This document shows, in pieces, positions 48,575 through 58,194 of a stretch of 58,357 nucleotides of DNA. The stretch spans positions 1 through 58,357 of the forward strand of contig JABFRC010000055.1 in the NCBI GenBank assembly GCA_013141375.1, read 5' to 3'. Each line of letters begins with the position of its first letter. The stretch's first letter is position 1. Made by a program: the position numbers and the translations under genes. The DNA comes from Methylococcaceae bacterium. Its GTDB lineage: Bacteria; Pseudomonadota; Gammaproteobacteria; Methylococcales; Methylomonadaceae. The notes under the pieces were generated by a model. That model saw only the letters and a list, made by a program, of their open reading frames with translations. It was not told the DNA's origin and made no database searches.

Positions 48575-49657
48575 TTATCTTAATTTCAATGTTGCCAAAC
48601 CAATCAGCACCAAGATAAAGGTGATAATCCAGAAACGCACAATGACTCTAGGCTCAGGCCAGCCTTTCAATTCAAAATGATGATGTATCGGTGCCATTCT
48701 AAATACGCGTTTGCCGGTCATTTTGAAGGAAGCAACCTGAATGATGACTGATACCGTCTCCATCACAAATACGCCGCCCATGATGACCAATACGATTTCT
48801 TGTCTGACCAACACAGCCAACACACCAAGCGCTGCGCCTAAAGCCAACGCGCCAACGTCCCCCATAAACACCATGGCCGGATATGCGTTAAACCATAAAA
48901 ATCCCAAACCTGCGCCGACGAGTGCCGCGCAAAATACAATCAATTCCCCGGAGTTTGGCAGGTAGGGAATTGCCAGATATTCCGAAAATGTAACGTGTCC
49001 GGAGAGATAGGCAAAAATACCCAAGCCAGCCGCCACCATGACTGTTGGCATAATGGCCAGGCCATCCAATCCATCGGTCAAATTGACCGCATTACTGGTG
49101 CCAACAATCACGAAATAGGTCATGACGATATACAGCCAGCCCATATCAAGACCCACATCCTTGAAAAAAGGCACGATAAATTGTGTTTCAGCAGGAAGAA
49201 TCGCGCTGTTGTACAAAAATATTGCAGCAGCCAGCGCAACAACTGATTGCCAGAAGTATTTGGCTTTGGCTGATAAACCATCACTGTTGTTTTTGATTAC
49301 TTTGCGATAATCATCGACAAAACCAATTACACCGTGGCCCAAGGTCACCAGCAAAATCACCCAGACATAGCGATTGCTCAAATCCGCCCATAGCAAGGTA
49401 CTGATTGAGATGGCAACCAAAATCAGAGTGCCGCCCATGGTTGGCGTACCCTTCTTTTCATAATGTGATTCGGGACCTAATTCGCGAATGCTTTGGCCAA
49501 TTTTGTTACGGCTAAGCTTGCGGATCATCACCGGTCCGACGATGAACGAAATAATCAACGCCGTGAGGGCACCAAGAATCGCCCGGAATGTCAGGTAATG
49601 GAATACCCGAAATCCACCTTCAAACGTCATCAAATAATCTGCAAAATAAAGTAGCAT
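48575..49657 (-). CDS. mraY: Phospho-N-acetylmuramoyl-pentapeptide transferase
   Basis: 'KKGTPTMGG', '[13 protein letters not shown]', '[10 protein letters not shown]', '[12 protein letters not shown]'. Confidence 0.97.
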   Translation of the reverse strand: MLLYFADYLMTFEGGFRVFHYLTFRAILGALTALIISFIVGPVMIRKLSRNKIGQSIRELGPESHYEKKGTPTMGGTLILVAISISTLLWADLSNRYVWVILLVTLGHGVIGFVDDYRKVIKNNSDGLSAKAKYFWQSVVALAAAIFLYNSAILPAETQFIVPFFKDVGLDMGWLYIVMTYFVIVGTSNAVNLTDGLDGLAIMPTVMVAAGLGIFAYLSGHVTFSEYLAIPYLPNSGELIVFCAALVGAGLGFLWFNAYPAMVFMGDVGALALGAALGVLAVLVRQEIVLVIMGGVFVMETVSVIIQVASFKMTGKRVFRMAPIHHHFELKGWPEPRVIVRFWIITFILVLIGLATLKLR

Positions 49658-49660
49658 TCG

Positions 49661-51049
49661 CTAAATTCCTGTTGTTTCAAGCAGTGCGGTTGTCACATGC
49701 TCCATGCGTTGCGCTCTTGATCCTTTAATCAAAAGCGCCTCGTTACCCTGAAGCTCACCGTTCAGGGCATCAATCAATTCGTTTTGTGTGGCATAAAAAC
49801 TCGCACCCTGACCAAAGGCCTGCACGGTATTGCGTGCATCATCACCCACTGCCATCAAGCGTTTCACACCTTTTGCCTTGATCAATTTGCCAAGGTCGTG
49901 ATGTATCTGCGGGCTATTCGGTCCTTGTTCGCCAAATGCGCCTAAAATCAACCACGGTTTGCCGGGGCAGTTAATCAACACATCCAGCCCGGCTTCAAGT
50001 GAAGCGGCATTCGCGTTGTAGGTATCGTCAATGACTATATTGCCTCGGCCGCCAATCAATGGTTGCAACCTGCCCTTGACCGGCAACAGACTTTCCAGGC
50101 CCTTTTTAATCTGTTCTAACTCGATATCCAGTGCCAAACAAGCCGCGGCCGCAGCCAGTGCGTTGATTACATTGTGCCGACCCGCCAGCCTTATACTTAC
50201 TTCCAGGCCACCTTTCGAGGTCAATAATTCAAAACGGGTGACAAATCGAGCTGAATTGTTCTGCCCGGCAACGTCTTCATACAAAATTTCAGTGCGGACA
50301 TTGCTAGCAGTGACATCGGCATCTGCAGATAAACCAAAGCTGAAGGACTGTCTGCCTCCTGCCAATTTTTTCCAGTCATCGTAAAAGGCATCATCTTTAT
50401 TGATGATGGCAATCCCGGCTTGATTTAAGGCTTGATAAATCTCGCCTTTGCTTCTCGCTACGCCTTCAATACTGCCAAAACCTTCCAAATGCGCAGGCCC
50501 GGCATTGGTTATTACCGCCACATCGGCTTTTGCAATACGACTGGTGTAGGCAATTTCACCCGGGTGATTGGCACCCATTTCAATCACGGCATATTGATAC
50601 TGTTCGTTTAATCGCAACAAAGTCAACGGCACGCCGATATCGTTATTCAAATTGCCTTGCGTGAATAAGACCTTGGCTTGCAAGCCCAGTATCGCTGCAA
50701 TCATTTCTTTAACGGTGGTTTTGCCGTTACTGCCGGTAACCCCAACGACTCGTAGCGCCAGTTTTTCGCGCCAGGTGCCGGCCAGATCAGCCAATGCCAA
50801 TCGGGTATCATCGACAACAATATTCGGAATGGCCGTATCTACTCCCTTATGGACAATGGCAGATGTCGCTCCTGCTGCAATTGCCTGGGACACAAAGGCG
50901 TTACCATCATGATTTTCACCTTTAATAGCGACATAAGTTTGTCCGGGCTGAATCGCGCGGGTATCAATGCTTACTGAAGTCACTACGACATCCTCGCCGA
51001 CTAATTCCCCGCCGATACTTTTGGCGCATTCACTCAACATTAGCTGCAT
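49661..51049 (-). CDS. murF: UDP-N-acetylmuramoyl-tripeptide--D-alanyl-D-alanine ligase
   Basis: 'VTGSNGKTTVKEM', 'DDTYNANAASL'. Confidence 0.95.
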   Translation of the reverse strand: MQLMLSECAKSIGGELVGEDVVVTSVSIDTRAIQPGQTYVAIKGENHDGNAFVSQAIAAGATSAIVHKGVDTAIPNIVVDDTRLALADLAGTWREKLALRVVGVTGSNGKTTVKEMIAAILGLQAKVLFTQGNLNNDIGVPLTLLRLNEQYQYAVIEMGANHPGEIAYTSRIAKADVAVITNAGPAHLEGFGSIEGVARSKGEIYQALNQAGIAIINKDDAFYDDWKKLAGGRQSFSFGLSADADVTASNVRTEILYEDVAGQNNSARFVTRFELLTSKGGLEVSIRLAGRHNVINALAAAAACLALDIELEQIKKGLESLLPVKGRLQPLIGGRGNIVIDDTYNANAASLEAGLDVLINCPGKPWLILGAFGEQGPNSPQIHHDLGKLIKAKGVKRLMAVGDDARNTVQAFGQGASFYATQNELIDALNGELQGNEALLIKGSRAQRMEHVTTALLETTGI

Positions 51050-52578
51050 GAATAATCTCCGACAGCCAGTTTTTCGGCTCGCAAACTTAAAGCTTCAAAC
51101 GCAACCTGACTGTCACTAAACGGAGTACGTTCGCCGTTTAGCTCTTGATAGTTCTCATGACCTTTACCTGCGATCACTATGCAATCATGTTTGTCAGCGC
51201 TTTTAATCACTTTATAAATGGCCTGTTCTCTATTTCTAATCACTTCGATTTTGGCTGAATGACGGCCTGCCAGTATGTCATTGACAATGTCCTGGCCATT
51301 TTCATAACGCGGATTATCGTCAGTCACCACCACATAATCTGCCAACAGCTCTGCACTGGCTCCCATCAATGGGCGTTTGCCTTTATCTCTATTGCCGCCG
51401 CAGCCGAACACTACCCATAACTTGCCTTGCGTATGCTGCCGTGCGGATGTCAACACCTTTTCAAGCGCATCCGGGGTGTGAGCGTAATCAACAAAAATGA
51501 GCGGATCTTCGGCCTCACCTAAGCGCTCCATGCGCCCCACAACCGGCTTGATGTTTGCCAGCTTGGTAATAACTTCATTTAAAGTAAAACCCAGAGCCAA
51601 CATCACGGTCAGAACAGCAAGTACGTTTTCAATATTGAAGTCGCCATAAAGCGGAACCGTTATTGTCCGAGACTCGTTAGCCCAGACAACATCAAACTGC
51701 ATGCCATTAATACGGTGCTGTATCTTGGTTGCCACGATCGTATTGATCGAGCGGCGCCCTTGTTTTTCAGCTTTAGCACTAAACCCCCACAAGGCTACAT
51801 TTTCCGCGGTTGCGGCAATGATTTGCTCGCTATAATCATCATCTAAATTGACCACAGCAAATGCCAATCCCGGAGCATCCAATAACTTTAATTTGGCCTT
51901 GAAATAAGCATCCATAGTCTCGTGATAATCCAAATGATCACGACTGATATTGGTGAACACGGCGCCTTTAAAATGCACATTATTCACTCGTCCTTGTTCC
52001 AGTCCATGCGATGACACTTCCATGGCAACTGTCCGCTGTCCCTGTTTTACAAATTCCGCCAGTATTCCTTGTACTTCCAGTGCATCCGGCGTGGTGTTCA
52101 GGGTGCTATTCAGCGCGCCCCATTGCCCCCAACCCAGCGTGCCGATAATTCCGCAATCATCTAATAATTGCGCCAAAAATTGACTACAGGACGTCTTGCC
52201 GTTAGTGCCTGTAATCCCGATGACATCTAACTTTTTTGAAGGCAAACCGTAATATTTGGCGGCAATTTCACCAAGTCTGGCTGATAGTCCCTCGACAGCA
52301 ATAATCGGCGACCTGTAACCCTGGTTCGTCTTAGCAAGAAGACCTGCCAAGTGCGCCGCATGATCTTTAGGTTCAAAGATCACAGCAATTGCGCCATTTG
52401 CCAAGGCCTGACAGGCATGTTCCAGGCCATGTTGTTTTGAACCCGACAGCGCAATAAACACATGGCCTTCTACTACTTTGCGGCTATCCAGCGCCAAACC
52501 GGTAATTTCACTGTGAAGACCAATATCGCCATTGGAGATATCAATCTGCTGGTCTTCTAATAATTCATTTAGCGTCAT
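51040..52578 (-). CDS. murE: UDP-N-acetylmuramoyl-L-alanyl-D-glutamate--2,6-diaminopimelate ligase
   Basis: 'ITGTNGKTS', 'VDYAHTPDAL' and the DAP-specificity type 'DNPR' motif ('TDDNPRYE'). Confidence 0.95.
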   Translation of the reverse strand: MTLNELLEDQQIDISNGDIGLHSEITGLALDSRKVVEGHVFIALSGSKQHGLEHACQALANGAIAVIFEPKDHAAHLAGLLAKTNQGYRSPIIAVEGLSARLGEIAAKYYGLPSKKLDVIGITGTNGKTSCSQFLAQLLDDCGIIGTLGWGQWGALNSTLNTTPDALEVQGILAEFVKQGQRTVAMEVSSHGLEQGRVNNVHFKGAVFTNISRDHLDYHETMDAYFKAKLKLLDAPGLAFAVVNLDDDYSEQIIAATAENVALWGFSAKAEKQGRRSINTIVATKIQHRINGMQFDVVWANESRTITVPLYGDFNIENVLAVLTVMLALGFTLNEVITKLANIKPVVGRMERLGEAEDPLIFVDYAHTPDALEKVLTSARQHTQGKLWVVFGCGGNRDKGKRPLMGASAELLADYVVVTDDNPRYENGQDIVNDILAGRHSAKIEVIRNREQAIYKVIKSADKHDCIVIAGKGHENYQELNGERTPFSDSQVAFEALSLRAEKLAVGDYSCS

Positions 52579-52588
52579 GGCAAGCCTA

Positions 52589-54421
52589 CTATGGGCCCTT
52601 ACTGGTCAACAATACCGGCATTGTGCCTTCTTCATCCGGCGCAATTTCCAACACCCTTAATGCGCCCGCCATTACCTTTGCAAAAACCGGCGCAGAAACC
52701 AGGCCGCCGTAATACTGCCCCGCCGAAGGCTCATCAATCATCACCACAATAATCAGCTTAGGATCGCTGGCCGGTGCAAGTCCGGCAAATACCGAAAAAT
52801 AACTCTTTTCAACATAACCGCCTGCGCCCGCTTTTTTTACCGTGCCGGTTTTTCCGGCAACCCGATAACCATCAACTCTGGCTTCGTAGGCGGTGCCATC
52901 TTTCATGATGACGCTTTCCATCATGGTTCTAACCTTTTTGGCATTCTTTGCTGAAAACACTCGCTTCGCATCAACATCTTCGTCACGCTTGATCAGACTG
53001 ACCGAATGTAAAATCCCATCATCTGCCAATGCGGTATAGGCTCTGGCTAATTGCAAGGCCGAAGTATTGACGCCATAGCCAAATGAGAGCGTTGCCTGTG
53101 CAAAATCGTTCCAGCGCTGGTAATCCAATAAGCTGCCGTTTACTTCACCTGGAAATCCTGAGCCTGCGTTTACACCAAAACCAAGCTGGTGATACACCCC
53201 CCAAAAGTATTCCCGCGGCATTCGCAACGCCATCTGACTAACCGCGACATTGCTAGATTTTTTAATAACATGTGTCAAATCCAGAGCACCGTAGTTATGC
53301 ACATCTTTAACAACGTGTTTGCCCACCTGCAAAAAACCATGCGTATCAAAGATTTCGTTGGGTTTAACATAACCACCATCCAGAGCCGCCGCGACTACAA
53401 ATGGCTTAACCGTTGAGCCCGGTTCAAACACATCGGTTACCGCCCGGTTTCTGTACAAACTTTCTTTTAAATTTTTTCGGGTATTCGGGTTGTAAGATGG
53501 CTGACTGACTGCCGCCAATACCTCTCCATTCTTGGCGTCCAGCACCACCAATGTGCCTGATTTTGCCTTATTGGCATCCACTGCCGCTTGCAACTCTTTA
53601 TAAGCAAGATATTGAATACGCTCATCAATACTCAATTCCAGATTTTTGCCTGGCACCGGTTCCTTGATATTCTCGACATCCTCGATTATTTGCCGCTGAC
53701 CATCCCTGATGACGCGCTTGCTACCGGGAATACCTTTTAAGGTTTTTTCAAAGCCAACTTCCATGCCTTCCTGGCCGACGTCATCCAGATTGGTAAAACC
53801 AATCAAGTTTGCTGAAACCTCTCCCGCCGGGTAATAGCGCTTGAATTCCCTATCAAAGCCAACACCAACAAGATTCAAGGCTTTTACTTGCTCGGCAATC
53901 TCCGGATTAATACGTCGCACCACATAGGCAAACTGTTTGTGCGTATCATCTTTAAGCAAATCGCTGACCTTGCCTTGCTCAAGACCGAGTATCTGTTCCA
54001 TTTTGTCAATTTTTGCCGTTTTCTCTTGCTGCAATTCGATGAATAACGCGGCTTTTTGCTGATCGTTCAAGCGTTGATGCAACTCTTTAGCTCGCGCTTT
54101 TTCAGCAATCATCACTTCATCTTTACCGACTGCTTTCAATTGCATGGGATTGACCCATACCGATTGAACAGGTGAACTGATTGCAAGCGGCTCACCGTTT
54201 CTGTCCTGAATCATGCCGCGATAAGCCGAGACCACGACTTCGTCGACATGACGCATATCACCTTGATCTTTAAGAAACTCTTTATTGAGTACTTGTAAAT
54301 GCACGGCCCGCCCAATCAAGACAACCATGCAGATAATCATGAAGCCGATTACAAATTTCCTGCGTCCGGAAAAATCTTCTACCTTCCTTGATGAATTGTG
54401 TTTGCCATGAAAATCTATCAT
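52589..54421 (-). CDS. ftsI: Peptidoglycan D,D-transpeptidase FtsI (PBP3)
   Basis: 610-aa bitopic ORF with TP motifs 'STVKP', 'SSN', 'KTGT'. Confidence 0.93.
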   Translation of the reverse strand: MIDFHGKHNSSRKVEDFSGRRKFVIGFMIICMVVLIGRAVHLQVLNKEFLKDQGDMRHVDEVVVSAYRGMIQDRNGEPLAISSPVQSVWVNPMQLKAVGKDEVMIAEKARAKELHQRLNDQQKAALFIELQQEKTAKIDKMEQILGLEQGKVSDLLKDDTHKQFAYVVRRINPEIAEQVKALNLVGVGFDREFKRYYPAGEVSANLIGFTNLDDVGQEGMEVGFEKTLKGIPGSKRVIRDGQRQIIEDVENIKEPVPGKNLELSIDERIQYLAYKELQAAVDANKAKSGTLVVLDAKNGEVLAAVSQPSYNPNTRKNLKESLYRNRAVTDVFEPGSTVKPFVVAAALDGGYVKPNEIFDTHGFLQVGKHVVKDVHNYGALDLTHVIKKSSNVAVSQMALRMPREYFWGVYHQLGFGVNAGSGFPGEVNGSLLDYQRWNDFAQATLSFGYGVNTSALQLARAYTALADDGILHSVSLIKRDEDVDAKRVFSAKNAKKVRTMMESVIMKDGTAYEARVDGYRVAGKTGTVKKAGAGGYVEKSYFSVFAGLAPASDPKLIIVVMIDEPSAGQYYGGLVSAPVFAKVMAGALRVLEIAPDEEGTMPVLLTSKGP

Positions 54422-54694
54422 TTAAGGTTTTATATAAATAATTTTGTCCCGCTGCGGTACGACCAATTTCAATTTATCGCGTGCCAGTAATTCAAGTTGA
54501 TTCTCTTCGGTAAGTGTTGTCAGCTCTAATTGCAACTGGCCCCATTCAACTTCAAACTGATCAAGCGCCGCTTCCTGTTTTTGAATTTCAATAAACATCA
54601 AGCGAGTGTGATACTTGACATAAATCACTGCCATGGCAGAACCTATCAACATCACCAACAACACGGTAAGAATCAATCCTTTAACAACCGCCAC
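54422..54694 (-). CDS. ftsL: Cell division protein FtsL
   Basis: 90-aa bitopic ORF (TM segment plus leucine-zipper-like coil) between rsmH and ftsI. GTG start abutting the rsmH stop (TAAGTG). Confidence 0.85.
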   Translation of the reverse strand: MAVVKGLILTVLLVMLIGSAMAVIYVKYHTRLMFIEIQKQEAALDQFEVEWGQLQLELTTLTEENQLELLARDKLKLVVPQRDKIIYIKP

Positions 54695-55651
54695 TTAAGC
54701 ACCTAACGACAAGGGATCAGCTAATGAAACCCTCTCGGCAACCCGCAAAACCGCACTTCTTGAACGGGGATTTTGCGAAACCTCTTGAGGACTTGCCTTC
54801 AATGCCTTGCCAATCTTTTTTAAGAGACCTTGTTCTATATCTGCTTCTTTAATCGGCAATTTACCGGGATTGAATTTGGCACCGGATTCGTTCCGAATAA
54901 ATCGTTTAACAATTCTGTCTTCCAACGAATGAAAAGAAATAACCACTAAACGTCCGCCCGGCTTTAAAACTTTCGCAGCCTGCTGCAATACGTCTTTCAA
55001 TTCATCCAGTTCCTTATTGATTTCAATGCGAATCGCCTGGAAACTACGAGTAGCAGGATGTTTGTGTTTTTCCTTAACCGGCACCGCATCTTCAATCAGC
55101 TTTGCCAACTGGCGCGTTGTCTCGATAGGCGTTTCCGCGCGTTTTTCAATGACGGCTCTGGCGATGCGTCTGGCAAATCGTTCTTCGCCATAATCGAACA
55201 ACACCTTGATTAATAAACTCTCATCGACAGTAGCCAACCACTCAGCCGCAGACACGCCTGAGTGAGCATCCATCCGCATATCTAGTGCTCCGTCGCGTAA
55301 AAAGCTGAATCCTCGTTCCGGGTTATCCAATTGAGGGGACGAAACCCCCAGGTCCAACAATATGCCGTCGACATTGCCAAGCAGTCCTTCAGCTTCGGCA
55401 AGACTTTCCAGCCCGGAAAAACAACTGTGTTTAAGTTGAAACCGCTTGTCTTTGCACATTATTTGCGCAAAGTCAGAATTTACTGCGTCAGCGTCCCTAT
55501 CAAAAGCCAGCAAACGACCAGTCTCTCCTAATCGGTCCAGAATTTCCTTACTGTGACCACCTCTACCGAAGGTGCCATCCATGTATATGCCATCATTTTT
55601 GATGACCAATTGCTGCAATACTTCTGCAAGCATAACGGGCAAATGTTCCAA
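54695..55651 (-). CDS. rsmH: 16S rRNA (cytosine(1402)-N4)-methyltransferase
   Basis: 'HLPVMLAEV', 'DGTFGRGGHS', 'DLGVSSPQLD', 'ISFHSLEDRIVK'. Confidence 0.96.
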   Translation of the reverse strand: MEHLPVMLAEVLQQLVIKNDGIYMDGTFGRGGHSKEILDRLGETGRLLAFDRDADAVNSDFAQIMCKDKRFQLKHSCFSGLESLAEAEGLLGNVDGILLDLGVSSPQLDNPERGFSFLRDGALDMRMDAHSGVSAAEWLATVDESLLIKVLFDYGEERFARRIARAVIEKRAETPIETTRQLAKLIEDAVPVKEKHKHPATRSFQAIRIEINKELDELKDVLQQAAKVLKPGGRLVVISFHSLEDRIVKRFIRNESGAKFNPGKLPIKEADIEQGLLKKIGKALKASPQEVSQNPRSRSAVLRVAERVSLADPLSLGA

Positions 55652-55666
55652 ATCATCTCTCCCGTT

Positions 55667-56134
55667 TTAAAATGACAAAGAGCCTAACTCTTCCAATCCT
55701 TCATTATCCGTACCCGTCATCCACTCAGCTTCTTTGGCAGTCCAAGCGTCCTCGTTCCATAATTCGAATTTGTTAAGCTGACCAACTAATACAAGCTTTT
55801 TATCCATGCCGGCAAAGGTGCGTAGCTTTTCGGGCAATAACAAACGTCCCTGATTATCCATTTCACATTCGGTCGCATTGCCAATTAGAAAACGCCTTAA
55901 TTTGCCAGCCATCTTGTTTAACGTGGGCAATCTGTTAATCGTTTGTTCTAGTTTTTCCCATTCAGGTAATGGATATACCCAAAGGCAACCGCTTTCTCCA
56001 ACGCACAGTTCATTAACAGCAACCGTCAATATCAATTGACCATCACAGCATTCTTGCAATTCCTCTCTATAACGAGTCGGAATCGCCAATCGACCTTTTA
56101 CGTCCAAATTGATTGAACTAATGCCTCGGAACAA
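55667..56134 (-). CDS. mraZ: Division/cell wall cluster transcriptional regulator MraZ
   Basis: The 'MFRGISSINLDVKGRLAIPTRYRE' N-terminus is canonical MraZ. The start codon is TTG (56134-56132), with GGGGTGA 6 nt upstream. Confidence 0.93.
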   Translation of the reverse strand: MFRGISSINLDVKGRLAIPTRYREELQECCDGQLILTVAVNELCVGESGCLWVYPLPEWEKLEQTINRLPTLNKMAGKLRRFLIGNATECEMDNQGRLLLPEKLRTFAGMDKKLVLVGQLNKFELWNEDAWTAKEAEWMTGTDNEGLEELGSLSF

Positions 56135-56140
56135 AAATCA

Positions 56141-56185
56141 CCCCAATGTTTCCCAAAAAAACCACTATTCACCACTTTTTACCAC
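56141..56185 (-). promoter_or_regulatory. Predicted MraZ operator: five direct repeats at exact 10-bp phasing
   Basis: The minus strand reads GTGGT-aaaaa-GTGGT-gaata-GTGGT-ttttt-TGGGA-aacat-TGGGG. Boxes are at 56185-81, 56175-71, 56165-61, 56155-51 and 56145-41, each separated by a 5-nt spacer. The array starts just downstream of the predicted -10, and the last box overlaps the mraZ Shine-Dalgarno. Confidence 0.6.
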
Positions 56186-56193
56186 CGGATAGC

Positions 56194-56222
56194 ACTATAG
56201 ATTCCCTCCCAGGGTTAGTCAA
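56194..56222 (-). promoter_or_regulatory. Predicted sigma70 Pmra promoter (TTGACT-17 nt-TATAGT)
   Basis: Minus strand: -35 TTGACT at 56222-56217 and -10 TATAGT at 56199-56194 with a 17-nt spacer, about 60 nt upstream of the mraZ start. Confidence 0.6.
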
Positions 56223-56483
56223 GGACGATTTTATTTAGAATCTTTCTTTTTTCACAATGACTTACAGCGGATTTGCGGTCTATTTGCGGCCAAGAATTTT
56301 GGGCAAAACAAATACCATTCTTAATCAGAAGGTTATTAGAATTAGTTGATAAAACACATGAGATGGAGCTGGCAAAATGTACTCGCTTGAAACGGATACA
56401 TTTTAAAAATGATGCGGGGCGGTTGAATAACGCACTCCCGGAAACATTTACACTGAAAAACGCTAATGCGTTGTTAGAAGAAA

Positions 56484-56833
56484 AAGAAAGAGTCAGCCTA
56501 TAAGCCGGGTTCTGTCGAGAACAGTCATTCATCTAGGCTGCAAGTCACCCTGCAGCTCAAGCAATCTACCCAGGGACCGCGCGGGCCACGCGTCTGTCCC
56601 TCTATTTGATCTTGCTCCGGGTGGGGTTTACCATGCCACTCCTGTTACCAGTTGCGCGGTGCGCTCTTACCGCACCTTTTCACCCTTACCGATCAAGACC
56701 GGCGGTATATTTTCTGTGGCACTTTCCGTAGGCTTGCACCTCCCAGGCGTTACCTGGCACCCTGCCCAATGGAGCCCGGACTTTCCTCCATCTTATCTTG
56801 CGATAAAACAGCGACTGCTCAGCCAACTCTTTC
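56484..56833 (-). ncRNA. rnpB: RNase P RNA, bacterial type A
   Basis: The reverse complement contains the universally conserved blocks 'GGAGGAAAGTCCGGGCTCCATTGGGCAGGGTGCCAGGTAACGCCTGGG', 'GGTAAGGGTGAAAAGGTGCGGTAAGAGCGCACC', 'GGTAAACCCCACCCGGAGCAAG' and 'ACAGAACCCGGCTTAT'. P1 can form between 5' GAAAGAGTTGGCT and 3' AGGCTGACTCTTTC. Ends are good to about +/-5 nt. Confidence 0.92.
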
Positions 56834-56840
56834 AGGCGGC

Positions 56841-56849
56841 AATATACCA
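56841..56849 (-). promoter_or_regulatory. Possible extended -10 promoter of rnpB (TGgTATATT)
   Basis: The minus strand reads TGGTATATT, ending 7 nt upstream of the inferred rnpB 5' G (56833). There is no good -35. Confidence 0.35.
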
Positions 56850-56912
56850 CATTAACTCAGGCCAGGTTGGTTGAAGACCTGGCTCGAAGAAACAAAGCAG
56901 GATTTTCTGAGC

Positions 56913-58076
56913 TTAAGCCTCATTATCCTCTTCTTTATGAATAGCTTGTAATGACAGGCCTGAGAGCCTTTCGGCAGTATCATTACTTTTCGCAGAAGCA
57001 GGGGATGAGGAACCCAAGCCTTCACTCAAATTGATTTTCAACTTCAAGTTATTGGGTGAATCAGAGTTTTGCAGGGCTTCTTCCAGGGAAATGGTACCCT
57101 CTTTAAACAGCCTCAATAAGTGGCTGTCAAAGGTTTGCATACCGACATTTTCTGATTTTTCCATCGCCTCCTTGATGCTATGCACCTCGCCCTTGAGAAT
57201 CAAATCGCGTATCAGCTGCGTGCTTAATAGAATCTCGATTGCAGCAGTACGACCACCATCCACCGTTGGCACCAATCGTTGTGACACAAAAGCTTTCAAA
57301 TTCAACGACAAATCCAGTAATAATTGATTGCGGCGTTCTTCAGGGAAAAAATTGATAATTCTATCCAGCGCTTGATTAGAATTATTCGCATGCAAGGTTG
57401 ATAGACATAAATGCCCCGTTTCCGCAAAAGCCAGCGCATGCTCCATCGTTTCCTGACTGCGAATCTCTCCAATCAGAATGACATCAGGAGCCTGACGCAG
57501 GGTGTTTTTAAGCGCATCTTCGTAGCTTAAGGTATCAACGCCTACTTCGCGTTGATTAACCAAGGACTTTTTATGTGGGTGAATGTATTCGATCGGGTCT
57601 TCAATCGTAATTATATGTCCGGAAGCATTGCTGTTACGGTAATCGATCAACGCCGCCAGCGATGTGGATTTTCCCGAGCCGGTACCGCCAACAAACAACA
57701 CCAGACCGCGTTTCTCCATAATAATTTTTTTCAAGATCGGCGGTAGGCCCAACACGTCAGCATTAGGGATATCGACCTTGATATTGCGAATCACTAAAGA
57801 ATGAGCTCCACGCTGTTTAAAAATATTAACTCTAAAGCGCCCGACATTCGGTTCGGAAATCGCCAGATTCATTTCAGGAACCTGCTCAAAAGCCAGGCGC
57901 TGTTCATCATCCATCAGGCTGAGAGCGATTTCCTTAAGCCGCTCCTTTGTCATCTTGATATTCTCCAGCGGCTTTAATACGCCATGAAACTTAGCCGCTG
58001 GCGGCGCCCCTGTTGTCAAAAAAAGGTCAGAGCCGTCGTTTTGCACCAAGATTTTTAAATAGTCTGTCAGTTCCAT
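56913..58076 (-). CDS. pilU: Type IV pilus retraction-family ATPase, PilU-like (PilT/PilU family)
   Basis: 387-aa ORF. Walker A 'GGTGSGKST', plus 'LKNTLRQAPDVILIGE', 'AFAETGHLCLSTLHANNSNQALDRIINFFP' and the long C-terminal tail match PilU better than PilT. Confidence 0.8.
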   Translation of the reverse strand: MELTDYLKILVQNDGSDLFLTTGAPPAAKFHGVLKPLENIKMTKERLKEIALSLMDDEQRLAFEQVPEMNLAISEPNVGRFRVNIFKQRGAHSLVIRNIKVDIPNADVLGLPPILKKIIMEKRGLVLFVGGTGSGKSTSLAALIDYRNSNASGHIITIEDPIEYIHPHKKSLVNQREVGVDTLSYEDALKNTLRQAPDVILIGEIRSQETMEHALAFAETGHLCLSTLHANNSNQALDRIINFFPEERRNQLLLDLSLNLKAFVSQRLVPTVDGGRTAAIEILLSTQLIRDLILKGEVHSIKEAMEKSENVGMQTFDSHLLRLFKEGTISLEEALQNSDSPNNLKLKINLSEGLGSSSPASAKSNDTAERLSGLSLQAIHKEEDNEA

Positions 58077-58194
58077 AATCTGCCTGTTGGGTTTAAGAAG
58101 AAAAGCCAGCTTAGTCTAGGTCAAGCCGACGGTAAGTTGAAGCCTGGAGGAAAACAACGCGTATAATGCGCGATTTTTCCAAGTTTAGAGCGTT

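Noticed and set aside
56215-56874. Four track ORFs (56215-56532 -, 56273-56503 +, 56652-56855 +, 56659-56874 +) that might be taken as small hypothetical proteins.
   Set aside because: They lie on the RNase P RNA gene or in the AT-rich rnpB-mraZ spacer. The sequence conservation there is explained by rnpB, and none has a convincing RBS or recognisable protein features.
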